NCBI GenBank assembly: GCA_017613375.1
Contig: JAGADZ010000006.1
Span: forward strand, 1 to 63,415
From: Bacteroidales bacterium
GTDB taxonomy: Bacteria; Bacteroidota; Bacteroidia; Bacteroidales; P3
Direction of reading: 5' to 3'
DNA length: 63,415 nt
Below are positions 1 to 8,558 of this stretch, piece after piece (the stretch's first letter is position 1; each line of letters starts with the position of its first letter). The translations under genes and the position numbers were made by a program. A model generated the notes under the pieces. It ran no database searches, had not been told where the DNA came from, and was given only the letters and a program-made list of their open reading frames with translations.

Positions 1-13
1 CAAAACCATTATT

Positions 14-123
<110 letters not shown>

Positions 124-133
124 TTTTTTATAA

Positions 134-161
134 GGGAACCGTTATCGGTTCCCTTTTTTTT
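134..161 (+). terminator. Intrinsic terminator of the rRNA operon
   Basis: GGGAACC-gttatc-GGTTCCC perfect 7-bp stem followed by T8. Confidence 0.8.
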
Positions 162-218
162 GTTTTGTTCAGTCCAATATTTTCTTGTATTTTTGCAAGT
201 CGAAATTGAAATTGCATT

Positions 219-1394
219 ATGCTTGCATCATCCTATCGACCACGCAATCCAGGCCACGATTACTATGGCTGCGGAACATATCTCATCACACTGGTGGTGG
301 CCTCGCGTGCGCACCTGTTGGCTCATTTCGCGACCGAACTCGGTCGCGAAGGGAATGCCCTCGGTCGCGAAACAATAGCCCTCACCCTTCTCGGAGAAGC
401 CGTGCAGCAATTCTGGTATAAGACTCCACAAATACAAGCCACCCATGGCAACCGCGTGGCGGTACATGCCTGTGTCTGTATGCCTGACCATTTCCATGGC
501 GTGATAGAGGTGCTCGAACCGATGGAGTGGAGCCTCGGCGATATCATTCAAGCCTTCAAGGCCGCCTGCACCAGCCGATGGCAGCAAGAGCAAGGCCTCC
601 CCTCATCCACCAATCGACCGATTTCAGTCGATTGCCAAAGTCCCGACTGCCCCCAGTGGCTGCGTGAGAAGGCCATCCTCCATTACAACGAAGGCTCCCT
701 CATCCGCAGTCTCTCCAAGAAGCAGCGCCAAGAGTACTACTCTTTTGTTGGCCGCAGTCAGCGTCCTCTTTTCGACGACAACTACGACGATACCGTCTGC
801 CTCGACGACCGCCACCGCGAGGCGATGATAGCCTATGTGAACGACAACCCACGCCGTGCGCTCCTGCGTCGGCTCTTGCCCGACGTGATGCAACGCAGCC
901 TTCACGTGATGATAGGCCAGCGCAGCTATGGCACTTTCGGCAACCTCTTCCTTCTGCGGTGGGCCCGCAAAGTGCAGGTGCAGTGCCACCGCCGCCATCC
1001 CGTCAGTCGCATCCCATACGAGGATACCGCCGACTACGCCGCCAAGCACGACCAATGGTTGTCCGCCGTTCTCGGCGGACAGACGGTCATCGTCACCCCC
1101 GGCATCTCGCGTGGTGAGCTCTTGATGAAGAAAGAATGCTTGGAGAAGGGCTATCCGTTGATACACCTGCAGAAAGAGCCCATCGGCCCCTATTGGAAAC
1201 CCGAGCGCCAGCGTTTCGAGGCCTGCGCCCGCGGCAGCCTGCTGATATTGGCCCCATGGAATCTCGACACCATGGGAGCTGTCGCCGGTATCCCTTTCGA
1301 CAGCGACTACAGCCGCTTCCACAACCTCAACAATCTCGCCGCCGAAATCTGCTCCTTCTCCGGCGAGGCCAGGATAATAGAAAAAGGTAGATAG
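219..1394 (+). CDS. HUH-motif Y1 (IS200/IS605 / REP-associated tyrosine transposase-like, COG1943-type) protein with a roughly 170-aa C-terminal extension
   Basis: 391-aa ORF. N-terminal half has MPDHFHGVIEV (HUH motif), SLGDIIQAFK, LFDDNYDDTV and IAYVNDNPRRA (Tyr-x-x-x-NP), as in RAYT/IS200 TnpA. Visibly more GC-rich than neighbouring genes. The C-terminal part was not recognised. Confidence 0.65.
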   Translation: MLASSYRPRNPGHDYYGCGTYLITLVVASRAHLLAHFATELGREGNALGRETIALTLLGEAVQQFWYKTPQIQATHGNRVAVHACVCMPDHFHGVIEVLEPMEWSLGDIIQAFKAACTSRWQQEQGLPSSTNRPISVDCQSPDCPQWLREKAILHYNEGSLIRSLSKKQRQEYYSFVGRSQRPLFDDNYDDTVCLDDRHREAMIAYVNDNPRRALLRRLLPDVMQRSLHVMIGQRSYGTFGNLFLLRWARKVQVQCHRRHPVSRIPYEDTADYAAKHDQWLSAVLGGQTVIVTPGISRGELLMKKECLEKGYPLIHLQKEPIGPYWKPERQRFEACARGSLLILAPWNLDTMGAVAGIPFDSDYSRFHNLNNLAAEICSFSGEARIIEKGR

Positions 1395-1543
1395 GTTTCA
1401 GCATTCTTTATTAGGGAGCCGATTTCGGATTCCTTACAAAGTGCAACAGACCATATTACCATTCCATACTAAAGAAAGGGCATCCCGCTGAAACGAGATG
1501 CCCCTCAGCCCAATCCAGCTGTCCCAATATTCTATAGTCAGTC

Positions 1544-1723
1544 TTATTTCCCTTGTTTCTTATACAATGTGTAGAAGAAATACCCCAATCCGCAATAGGC
1601 AGCGAGGCGTAGAATGAGGATTATCATTCTACCTCCATTAAGGTACCAGATTAACAATCCAAGGATCTCAGCAAAGATTAATACCGCCATACTGATGGTC
1701 GCAATAAGTGATGCTTGTTTCAT
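1544..1723 (-). CDS. Small hydrophobic protein, 59 aa (below the ORF-track cutoff)
   Basis: Hand translation gives MKQASLIATISMAVLIFAEILGLLIWYLNGGRMIILILRLAAYCGLGYFFYTLYKKQGK*, with two predicted TM helices. The ATG lies 3 nt after the stop of the upstream 153-aa gene on the same strand. Confidence 0.4.
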   Translation of the reverse strand: MKQASLIATISMAVLIFAEILGLLIWYLNGGRMIILILRLAAYCGLGYFFYTLYKKQGK

Positions 1724-1726
1724 TGC

Positions 1727-2188
1727 TTATTTGTTTTTGCGTGTGTTGTACTCAATTCTTGAAAGTAGGATTATCTGTGAGAAGAATACCATCGAACCGA
1801 TGATAATACCGATTCCTGCTGCTTCGTCACGCCACTCCGAAGCGACAACAATGCCACCGATAACTCCAACGGCCATTAGTATTATTGCGAACCAATACCA
1901 AAAACTCATCTTGCCTTTGTTTGTGCCGTTGGGATTAACCTCGTTGGGTACATACTTCAGCAACTCTTCGTATTCTTCATCGGACACCTCGCCTACATTG
2001 TAGCGATAGTAATCGTTCTTCTCCATGTCATAGAAAGGAAAATCCATCGTTGGATCGCCCTCACAATCGCCAAGATACTCTTTCTTTCCGATTTGCAACT
2101 TGTTGAGGACTTCGGCCAAGGACATCTTCTCGTCCTCTTTGTTCTCCTTTTTCTTTTTGGAGATGTAATCTTGAATGTAATTGTTCAT
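1727..2188 (-). CDS. Hypothetical membrane protein (acidic N-terminal domain, two C-terminal TM helices)
   Basis: 153-aa ORF with C-terminal hydrophobic segments FWYWFAIILMAVGVIGGIVVA and GIGIIIGSMVFFSQIILL. No family recognised. Confidence 0.55.
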   Translation of the reverse strand: MNNYIQDYISKKKKENKEDEKMSLAEVLNKLQIGKKEYLGDCEGDPTMDFPFYDMEKNDYYRYNVGEVSDEEYEELLKYVPNEVNPNGTNKGKMSFWYWFAIILMAVGVIGGIVVASEWRDEAAGIGIIIGSMVFFSQIILLSRIEYNTRKNK

Positions 2189-2570
2189 TGTTTGACTGAA
2201 TAAGTTGCGCTCGTCCGTGCCGCAGCAAGCATTTCAAACAACGAAGCGTGGCACCGATATACCAATTCTTTCGTGAGAGGTTGTGAGATACCTTGAAATA
2301 CAGAAATGGATACAGTCCACGCTTGATACACGCGAACCGTTACACCGTTCTTGTATTTCGTTAGAAGTTCTCACATTTCTCACGATAAGAAACGAGCATA
2401 ACGCCTCGTGATTTCCTTCTGAAATCGACTGCAAAAGTACGACAATTTTCCCATTCGGCAAATTTTTTTTGTTGAGTCGAGGAAAGTTTGTATCTTTGAT
2501 TCGCTGCGCTCACGAAGATACTGCATTTCCGAAATGTCAAAATAAATTTTGCCATTTCGCTCAACTTTCG

Positions 2571-2578
2571 TATCTTTG
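2571..2578 (+). promoter_or_regulatory. Bacteroidetes-type -7 promoter box (TATCTTTG)
   Basis: Matches TAnnTTTG 34 nt upstream of the ATG at 2612. A second box, TATCTTTG, lies near position 2490. Confidence 0.5.
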
Positions 2579-2611
2579 CAACTCGTAAGAGCAACTTAAA
2601 ACTAACAGATT

Positions 2612-3166
2612 ATGAAGAACGTATTGTTTATCGTGGGCTCTATGAGGGAGCGGTCGTTCAACAGGCAATTGGCGAAGGTGGCCGAGGGGATGCTGAAGGG
2701 CAAGTGCAATGTGAAATACCTCGACTACAAGGATCTGCCGTATATGAATCAAGACCTTGAAATGCCTGTGCAGCCCAGCGTGGCGAGGGTGCGCGAGGAG
2801 GTCAAAAACGCTGATGCGCTGTGGATTTTCACGCCGGAGTATAACTTCAGCTATCCCGGTGTGCTGAAGAACCTTCTTGACTGGCTGTCGCGCCCGATGG
2901 ACATGAGCAACTTCCAGAACCCCTCGGCGGTCGTCGGCAAGAAGGTGGCCATCAGTGGTGCCGGTGGTAAGAACATGACGCAGAGCTGCCGTGCCAAGCT
3001 CACCGAGCTGCTCGACTTCATGAAGATGGACCTCATGCACGAGCCGCAGACCGGCATTGCCCTCGGCATGGAGGCTTGGACCAAAGGCGAGTTTGCCCTC
3101 ACCGCCGAGCAACGTGCCGAACTACAGAAACAGGCCGATGCCTTCTGTGCATTTATCGGAGCATGA
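2612..3166 (+). CDS. NADPH-dependent FMN reductase family oxidoreductase
   Basis: 184 aa. N-terminal flavodoxin-like segment MKNVLFIVGSMRERSFNRQLA and the motif FTPEYNFSYPGVLKNLLDWLS are typical of the FMN_red family. Confidence 0.8.
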   Translation: MKNVLFIVGSMRERSFNRQLAKVAEGMLKGKCNVKYLDYKDLPYMNQDLEMPVQPSVARVREEVKNADALWIFTPEYNFSYPGVLKNLLDWLSRPMDMSNFQNPSAVVGKKVAISGAGGKNMTQSCRAKLTELLDFMKMDLMHEPQTGIALGMEAWTKGEFALTAEQRAELQKQADAFCAFIGA

Positions 3167-3167
3167 T

Positions 3168-3467
3168 ATGTACGACGTAAAGATTACAGCCATCCGCAAG
3201 GCGGACTACAAAGACCTTCAGGCTCTCTATGAGAACCCGATAGAACACACGTGCGACGTCGTTGAAGGACAGATGTGGGTGAGTCACAACGGCAAGAAGC
3301 CTGATGGCATGTGTGACAGTGCCTGGGAGAGTATGCAGTGGTTTGTGCAGGAACTGGCGGCAGGCAGAGGCAATTTCTACGATGGATGGATGAAGAATCC
3401 CAACAGTGCCATGATTAGCTGCAACGACGGATTCCGCCCGGTAAGTTTCCTCTTGGAAAGAATATAG
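3168..3467 (+). CDS. TIGR04076-family small protein
   Basis: ATG at 3168 lies 2 nt after the upstream stop; I trimmed the track ORF 3057..3467 to this start. MYDVKITAIRK...CDVVEGQMWV...GMCDSAW...ISCNDGFRPVSF resembles the conserved roughly 95-aa TIGR04076 family, from memory. Confidence 0.6.
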   Translation: MYDVKITAIRKADYKDLQALYENPIEHTCDVVEGQMWVSHNGKKPDGMCDSAWESMQWFVQELAAGRGNFYDGWMKNPNSAMISCNDGFRPVSFLLERI

Positions 3468-3519
3468 AAACTCATTTGCAATTTTATCTCCAGGAAATCG
3501 TTATAAAACAAAAAACGTA

Positions 3520-3918
3520 ATGAAACTGTTTCGACTTACCATACTGCTTTTTGCCGCAGTCACACTGTCGGCATGCAATCCTGAGGACTATCAGCATCCC
3601 GATGTGCTGAAAGGGATATGGGTTAGCGTCGCTAATGCCAAAGATCCGGCTCTGATTCTCGAAATATACGATGAGACCCTTGTCGTTAAAGACGGCTCAT
3701 GGAATTACCGTCCTTTCACGTCCGACGAGGAGTGGGATTATCATATGGACCGTGATTCCGTTTTGCATATCTCACGCTATGAGTATGATTCCGACGGCGA
3801 CTACACAGAGAGTTCGCACGTCTTGGACCTCAGTTTCAGCAACTCCTTCAATACACTGACACTATACTATAAACCACTCTTCAGCTCTGTCAGAAAATAC
3901 ACCTTTATGAGGCGATAG
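3520..3918 (+). CDS. Hypothetical lipoprotein
   Basis: Signal peptide with lipobox MKLFRLTILLFAAVTLSAC. No family recognised. Confidence 0.6.
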   Translation: MKLFRLTILLFAAVTLSACNPEDYQHPDVLKGIWVSVANAKDPALILEIYDETLVVKDGSWNYRPFTSDEEWDYHMDRDSVLHISRYEYDSDGDYTESSHVLDLSFSNSFNTLTLYYKPLFSSVRKYTFMRR

Positions 3919-3943
3919 ATAACATTCTTCGTAAATATTATAA

Positions 3944-3986
3944 ACAAGACAGGGTGCCAAAGTGTGGCACCCTGTCTTGTATTTAT
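3944..3986. terminator. Bidirectional hairpin terminator between convergent genes
   Basis: ACAAGACAGGGTGCC-aaagtgt-GGCACCCTGTCTTGT, a 15-bp perfect stem with A/T runs on both sides. Confidence 0.8.
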
Positions 3987-3998
3987 GCTTGGAATTTC

Positions 3999-6900
3999 TT
4001 ATTTGAAAGCATTCTCACTCAAGCCTTTGCCGCTCAGTGCGAGATCTTTCATATACGAAGGCACGTCGTGGCCTAAGTATTTCTCCACATAGAGTTTGGC
4101 GAGGTATTGGCCGAGCATGAAACCATGTCCACGCAGACCTGTCAGCAGACCCACCTCGGGATCGACAATGTAGCGAGGTTCTGTGTAGCGTCCTGCCCAT
4201 ACGGCGAGGATGCTGACTTCTCTCAGGTTGGGAATCCATTCTGCGAAGACTTCGCTGACAATCTCAAGGAACTCTTTGCTGTTGTATTTGATGTTCTGGC
4301 GGGTCTCGTAGGCATCAGTATCGGGGCTTGCACATCCGATGATCTGACCGGTATGGGCGAACTGCTGGCCGTAGACGGCACTGAAGCCTTTATAGTGTCG
4401 ACGGTCGATAATCATGTCAAGGGCATCGCCGTTAACACCCATAAGAGGAAGTCTGCGGGTGATGAAAGCCTGATGCTTGACAGGATACAGGCCTGTGTCT
4501 ATTCCCAACATATCGGTGAAACGTTCGGCACCCCAACCCATGCTGTTGACGAAATGTTCGCAGTCGTACTCTACGTATTTGCCTTCGTGTGTACGAACCA
4601 AAGCCAAGGTCCGGTTGCCATTACGCTGAACATGGAGAAGTTCGCAGTCCTCATATACGCGTCCGCCGAGCGAGCAACCGATACCGCGGATGTAATCGAT
4701 GACGCGGCCTGGAGTGGCTTGCCAGCAGTCGCGTGTCATCAGGGCGTGGCTATAGGTCGTCTTGCTGTCGTCCCATAGCGGTGATATCTCTTTCTTGAAA
4801 TCCTTACGGTCAACCATATAGGCATCGCTCCAGGCACGCGATGCGTCAAGAGCCTTGTAAGTGGCTTCGTCGTGGACGAGGTTTACATAGCGTGTGGGCT
4901 TATAGTTGATATTGTGGACTTTCTGGATTGATTTGAATATCTCGTGACTGTGTTGTGCGATGTCGGCGATATCGGGGTTGGAGAATGCGGGACGGCCGCC
5001 ACCGATATTTCTCCATGAAGCGCCGCGGCTCCAGTTCACAAGCACAGGTTTGAATCCTGCCTCACTGAAATAGCGGAATAATCCGCTGCCTGCTATGCCG
5101 CCTCCTGCAATGAGCACTCGCACCTGTTCACGGCTGACATCGTTGTTCTTCGGGAATACGAAGACCTCCTTGCGGCCTTCGGTATAGATGTCCCCGACGG
5201 TCACTTGGTTGCTGAGTGGTGCACGCGGTGTCGCGTCGCCTGTGACCTCGATGCCGTGAGCTCTCAGCACCTGACGGGCTCTCGCGATACAGCGTTTGCC
5301 GCGGCAGGGACCCATACCCATGCGGGTTATGTGTTTCAACTCGTCGACCGAGATGTATTTGCGGTCGCCGACGACATCTATCAGTTGCTGTTCGCTGATA
5401 TCCTCGCAGTGGCAGATGAATGTCTCGCCAGTCTGGTCGGACGAGCTGCATTTGTCACTCATGGACAGTGTTTCAGGGTATCTCTCTTTTGCTATAAAAC
5501 CCTTAATGTCGGTCATGGCACCGTCAATCTTCGCCACCTTAACCCTCGCCACATTGGTCTTGTTCTCTTTCTTAAGGATTTTTTCTATGACACCCTCTCC
5601 GATTTTACGTCCGTTATTGTCGACAAGGTAAACTTCCTTGCCTTCGTCGATGTCATATTCTATCGGCAGGAAGCACCATTCTTTCTGAAGGTTGTATCCG
5701 AAGATTGCCAGTCCTGGGCAGTGGTTCACGCACTCCATGCAGCCTATACATTTGTTGTAATCCACTGTCGGCGTGCTTGCCGTGGTCGGCTTGCTGATGG
5801 CTCCCTGTGGACAGCTGAAAGTACATGGGTTGCAGGCAAAGCCATACAGGCAGTCTATCTGCACAAAGGGTTTGGCGTTCATCCTCTCTGATGTCGGCAA
5901 ATTGGGCTTTTCAAGTAGTCTTACAGGGTGTTGCTGGGAATCAATATATTGGCGTGAGATGTCAAGATATTCGTCGTAATTGAAGCGGATAGCCATCTCC
6001 TGGGCTATCTCGTAAGCAGCCTGACGGCCACGGAGAACGGCACTGGTGCCTTCACCTATGCGAACAGCGTCACCGACACCATAAACATGGTGACCATACA
6101 GTTCCTTGCCTTTTGTCAGGAGTTGGTTATCGGGCACAAGACCTGTACAGATATTGATGATGTCGATATCTTCAATCACCTGCTCAGTCCCTGGGATGAC
6201 CTTGAAATTCTCACATTTGGCAATGACGGCACCGACAACGCCTGTGCGGTCTTCATTGGGAATTGCACGAACCAGTGTGTAACCGGTCATTATGGGAATG
6301 CCAAGGCGACGCACACGGTTTGCCTGCACGGGGAAGCCTCCCTCACGGGGCATGGCCTCGATGATGGCTTTGATGGTGGCTCCGGCCTGCATGCCCTGAT
6401 AGGACGTCAGGTAGCCGATATTGCCGGCACCGACAGTCAGCACCTTTTTACCGAGGAGTGTATGTTCCTGGTTCATCATCTTCTGGAACACTGCAGCGGT
6501 GTATACGCCTGGTACGTCGTCATTCTCGAAAGCCGGCATGAACGGAACGGCACCAGTTGCGACAACGAGATGCTGGGCGTCGATATAAGCCATATCTCCG
6601 GTGACGATGTTCTTTATCGCCAGACGCGGACCTTCGAGGATGTCCCATACAGTGTAGTTCAGTAGAATTCCTTCCTGATTGTCGCCGGCAAGAGTCTTCG
6701 CAATGTCGAAACCACGCATTCCTCCGTATTTCTTTTCTTTCTCGAAGAAGAAGAATTGATGGGTCTGCATATTGAACTGTCCACCGATGCGGGCGTTGTT
6801 GTCTATAACCAAATTGTCTATCCCGAAAGCATTGAGTTGCTCCCTGCAGGCCAGACCTGCCGGACCGGCACCGACTATGGCGACCTGGGTCTTGTATATC

Positions 6901-7238
6901 TTCACTTCGTCGGGTCTCTTCAGTTTTTTTATGTCTGCAAGATTCTGCTCGCTGTTGTCAAGTCTGCGAACCTCTTTCACGCCATCGACAGGGGTGATAC
7001 ATATTCTACGCACCTGACCGTCGACAAGCATCTCGCAAGCACCACATTTGCCTATGCCGCATTCCAGTGAACGGTTACGGCCGCTAAGAGAATGGCTGTG
7101 AACAGGATATCCAGCCTCATGCAATGCCTTGGCAATGGTGTAGCCTTTACGGCCCTGAACTTTGTGGCCTTCATAGTCAAATTCCACCACCTCGCTCTGA
7201 GGGATGTCCAAAATGGGATGTTTCTCAATTCTATACAT
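3999..7238 (-). CDS. Multidomain FAD/NAD(P)- and Fe-S-dependent oxidoreductase, a fusion of 2Fe-2S + Pyr_redox + 4Fe-4S + BFD-like 2Fe-2S + DAO-family dehydrogenase modules
   Basis: 1079 aa. N-terminus has ECGIGKCGACEMLVDG (SoxA/HcnA-like 2Fe-2S). VAIVGAGPAGLA and VLTVGAGNIGY are two Rossmann dinucleotide sites. CIGCMECVNHCP is a 4Fe-4S motif. CHCEDISEQQL...GMGPCRGKRC is a BFD-like motif. VLIAGGGIAGSG begins a roughly 380-aa DAO (SoxB/HcnC/OoxB-like) domain. Confidence 0.8.
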   Translation of the reverse strand: MYRIEKHPILDIPQSEVVEFDYEGHKVQGRKGYTIAKALHEAGYPVHSHSLSGRNRSLECGIGKCGACEMLVDGQVRRICITPVDGVKEVRRLDNSEQNLADIKKLKRPDEVKIYKTQVAIVGAGPAGLACREQLNAFGIDNLVIDNNARIGGQFNMQTHQFFFFEKEKKYGGMRGFDIAKTLAGDNQEGILLNYTVWDILEGPRLAIKNIVTGDMAYIDAQHLVVATGAVPFMPAFENDDVPGVYTAAVFQKMMNQEHTLLGKKVLTVGAGNIGYLTSYQGMQAGATIKAIIEAMPREGGFPVQANRVRRLGIPIMTGYTLVRAIPNEDRTGVVGAVIAKCENFKVIPGTEQVIEDIDIINICTGLVPDNQLLTKGKELYGHHVYGVGDAVRIGEGTSAVLRGRQAAYEIAQEMAIRFNYDEYLDISRQYIDSQQHPVRLLEKPNLPTSERMNAKPFVQIDCLYGFACNPCTFSCPQGAISKPTTASTPTVDYNKCIGCMECVNHCPGLAIFGYNLQKEWCFLPIEYDIDEGKEVYLVDNNGRKIGEGVIEKILKKENKTNVARVKVAKIDGAMTDIKGFIAKERYPETLSMSDKCSSSDQTGETFICHCEDISEQQLIDVVGDRKYISVDELKHITRMGMGPCRGKRCIARARQVLRAHGIEVTGDATPRAPLSNQVTVGDIYTEGRKEVFVFPKNNDVSREQVRVLIAGGGIAGSGLFRYFSEAGFKPVLVNWSRGASWRNIGGGRPAFSNPDIADIAQHSHEIFKSIQKVHNINYKPTRYVNLVHDEATYKALDASRAWSDAYMVDRKDFKKEISPLWDDSKTTYSHALMTRDCWQATPGRVIDYIRGIGCSLGGRVYEDCELLHVQRNGNRTLALVRTHEGKYVEYDCEHFVNSMGWGAERFTDMLGIDTGLYPVKHQAFITRRLPLMGVNGDALDMIIDRRHYKGFSAVYGQQFAHTGQIIGCASPDTDAYETRQNIKYNSKEFLEIVSEVFAEWIPNLREVSILAVWAGRYTEPRYIVDPEVGLLTGLRGHGFMLGQYLAKLYVEKYLGHDVPSYMKDLALSGKGLSENAFK

Positions 7239-7444
7239 GTGATAGTATTCTATGAATTAATAATTTGCATCATTGTTGCTTTCTCGTAAAAGCATCACAA
7301 AAATAGTAATTCTTATTTTATAATGCAAATAATATCTTCTTTTTTTATCACCTGTGCCGTATTTTCTGTCTGAAAAAAGGATTATGTACCGCCGGACAAT
7401 AATATTATTCCGTTTTTGACGTTTAGAACCAAAATGCTACGAGA

Positions 7445-8491
7445 ATGAAAAAAGCGTCAATAAATCTTATCCTTATCGCAGCCGTGGTGACTTTCATGGC
7501 TTCCTGCAGTAGTCCGTCGGCTCCTGCACCCAAAGACAATCATTACACCATCTCAGGAAAAGTCCCTGACAGAGTCGATGCCGAATGGATGTACCTCTAT
7601 AATATCGACAGGGAAAACCAGGTTGCGTTTGATTCAGCCAAAATCATTAACGGAGAATTCTGTTTGGAGGGCACAGCACCTGATACTGTGCTTCTCGCCG
7701 TGTTGCACCCCGGTGCTCTCGATGATTACCCTGCTGTGGGGTGGAATGTTATTGTCGAACCAGGCTATATCGTGGCTGATGATGCCGATGCCTTTGCCAG
7801 CGGCACGCCTCTCAATGACGGTCTCCGTAGTTGGATGTTGCAGATAGCCAGATTGTTCAAGGAGGGCAATCAAGATGAAAAGGCCATTCTCACCGCTTTC
7901 TTTAAAGAGCACTGGAATGAGCATTCGTCTGATTTTGTAGGAGCCTTTGTGCTTGTTGATGCTTGGATGTATATGGATTTCAACTATGTAGATTCTCTCG
8001 TTTCACAAATTCCGGAAGATATTCGCAATATACAGCTTATCAGGCAGAACCTTATAGAACCTGTCGCATCGACACGTGCTTCGCAACCGGGCAACTCTTT
8101 CAAAGATATCGCTCTCATCACTCTCGACGGTGCCGAGACTCATCTGTCCGACTATGTTGGCAAGGGTGATTATGTCCTTGTCGATTTCTGGGCAAGTTGG
8201 TGCGGCCCCTGCAGGGAATCCATTCCCGAATTGCAGGCCGCCATTCAAAAACATCCCAAGGTCAAAGTCCTCGGTGTTGCTATACGTGACGATGCCAATG
8301 ATACCAGACAGGCTATCAAGAATCTGAAAATCACTTGGCCTGTAGTGAGCGATCCTGCAATCAAAAGTGGAGAAATATACGGTTTCTCAGCGATTCCATT
8401 TATGATGCTTTTCGGTCCTGACGGTAAAATAATTGCCCGCAATATTTTTGCCGAGGAGCTCGACAGGACTCTCACCGAGAAAGTCAAATGA
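7445..8491 (+). CDS. TlpA-family thiol:disulfide oxidoreductase lipoprotein (DUF4369-like N-domain + thioredoxin fold)
   Basis: Lipobox FMASC. The redox motif DFWASWCGPCR lies in the C-terminal roughly 140 aa. Confidence 0.85.
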   Translation: MKKASINLILIAAVVTFMASCSSPSAPAPKDNHYTISGKVPDRVDAEWMYLYNIDRENQVAFDSAKIINGEFCLEGTAPDTVLLAVLHPGALDDYPAVGWNVIVEPGYIVADDADAFASGTPLNDGLRSWMLQIARLFKEGNQDEKAILTAFFKEHWNEHSSDFVGAFVLVDAWMYMDFNYVDSLVSQIPEDIRNIQLIRQNLIEPVASTRASQPGNSFKDIALITLDGAETHLSDYVGKGDYVLVDFWASWCGPCRESIPELQAAIQKHPKVKVLGVAIRDDANDTRQAIKNLKITWPVVSDPAIKSGEIYGFSAIPFMMLFGPDGKIIARNIFAEELDRTLTEKVK

Positions 8492-8500
8492 TGATAAAAA

Positions 8501-8530
8501 AAAGCCGCCCCATATAAACAGGGCGGCTTT
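8501..8530. terminator. Bidirectional hairpin terminator
   Basis: AAAGCCGCCC-catataaaca-GGGCGGCTTT between convergent genes. It is the only clear terminator downstream of the fab-etf-acd block. Confidence 0.75.
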
Positions 8531-8558
8531 CCATTATGAAAAAACAATCTTATTTTTC

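Noticed and set aside
2234-2594. Two overlapping minus-strand ORFs (75 and 77 aa)
   Set aside because: They have no motifs and overlap each other and the promoter boxes of the downstream gene. The region is treated as non-coding (see finding).
4107-6665. Long plus-strand ORFs (4107..4778, 5205..5891, 6087..6665 and smaller ones) inside the 1079-aa oxidoreductase gene
   Set aside because: They are antisense shadow ORFs of a well-supported minus-strand gene. Their translations are low-complexity or Val/Asp/His-rich with no motifs.
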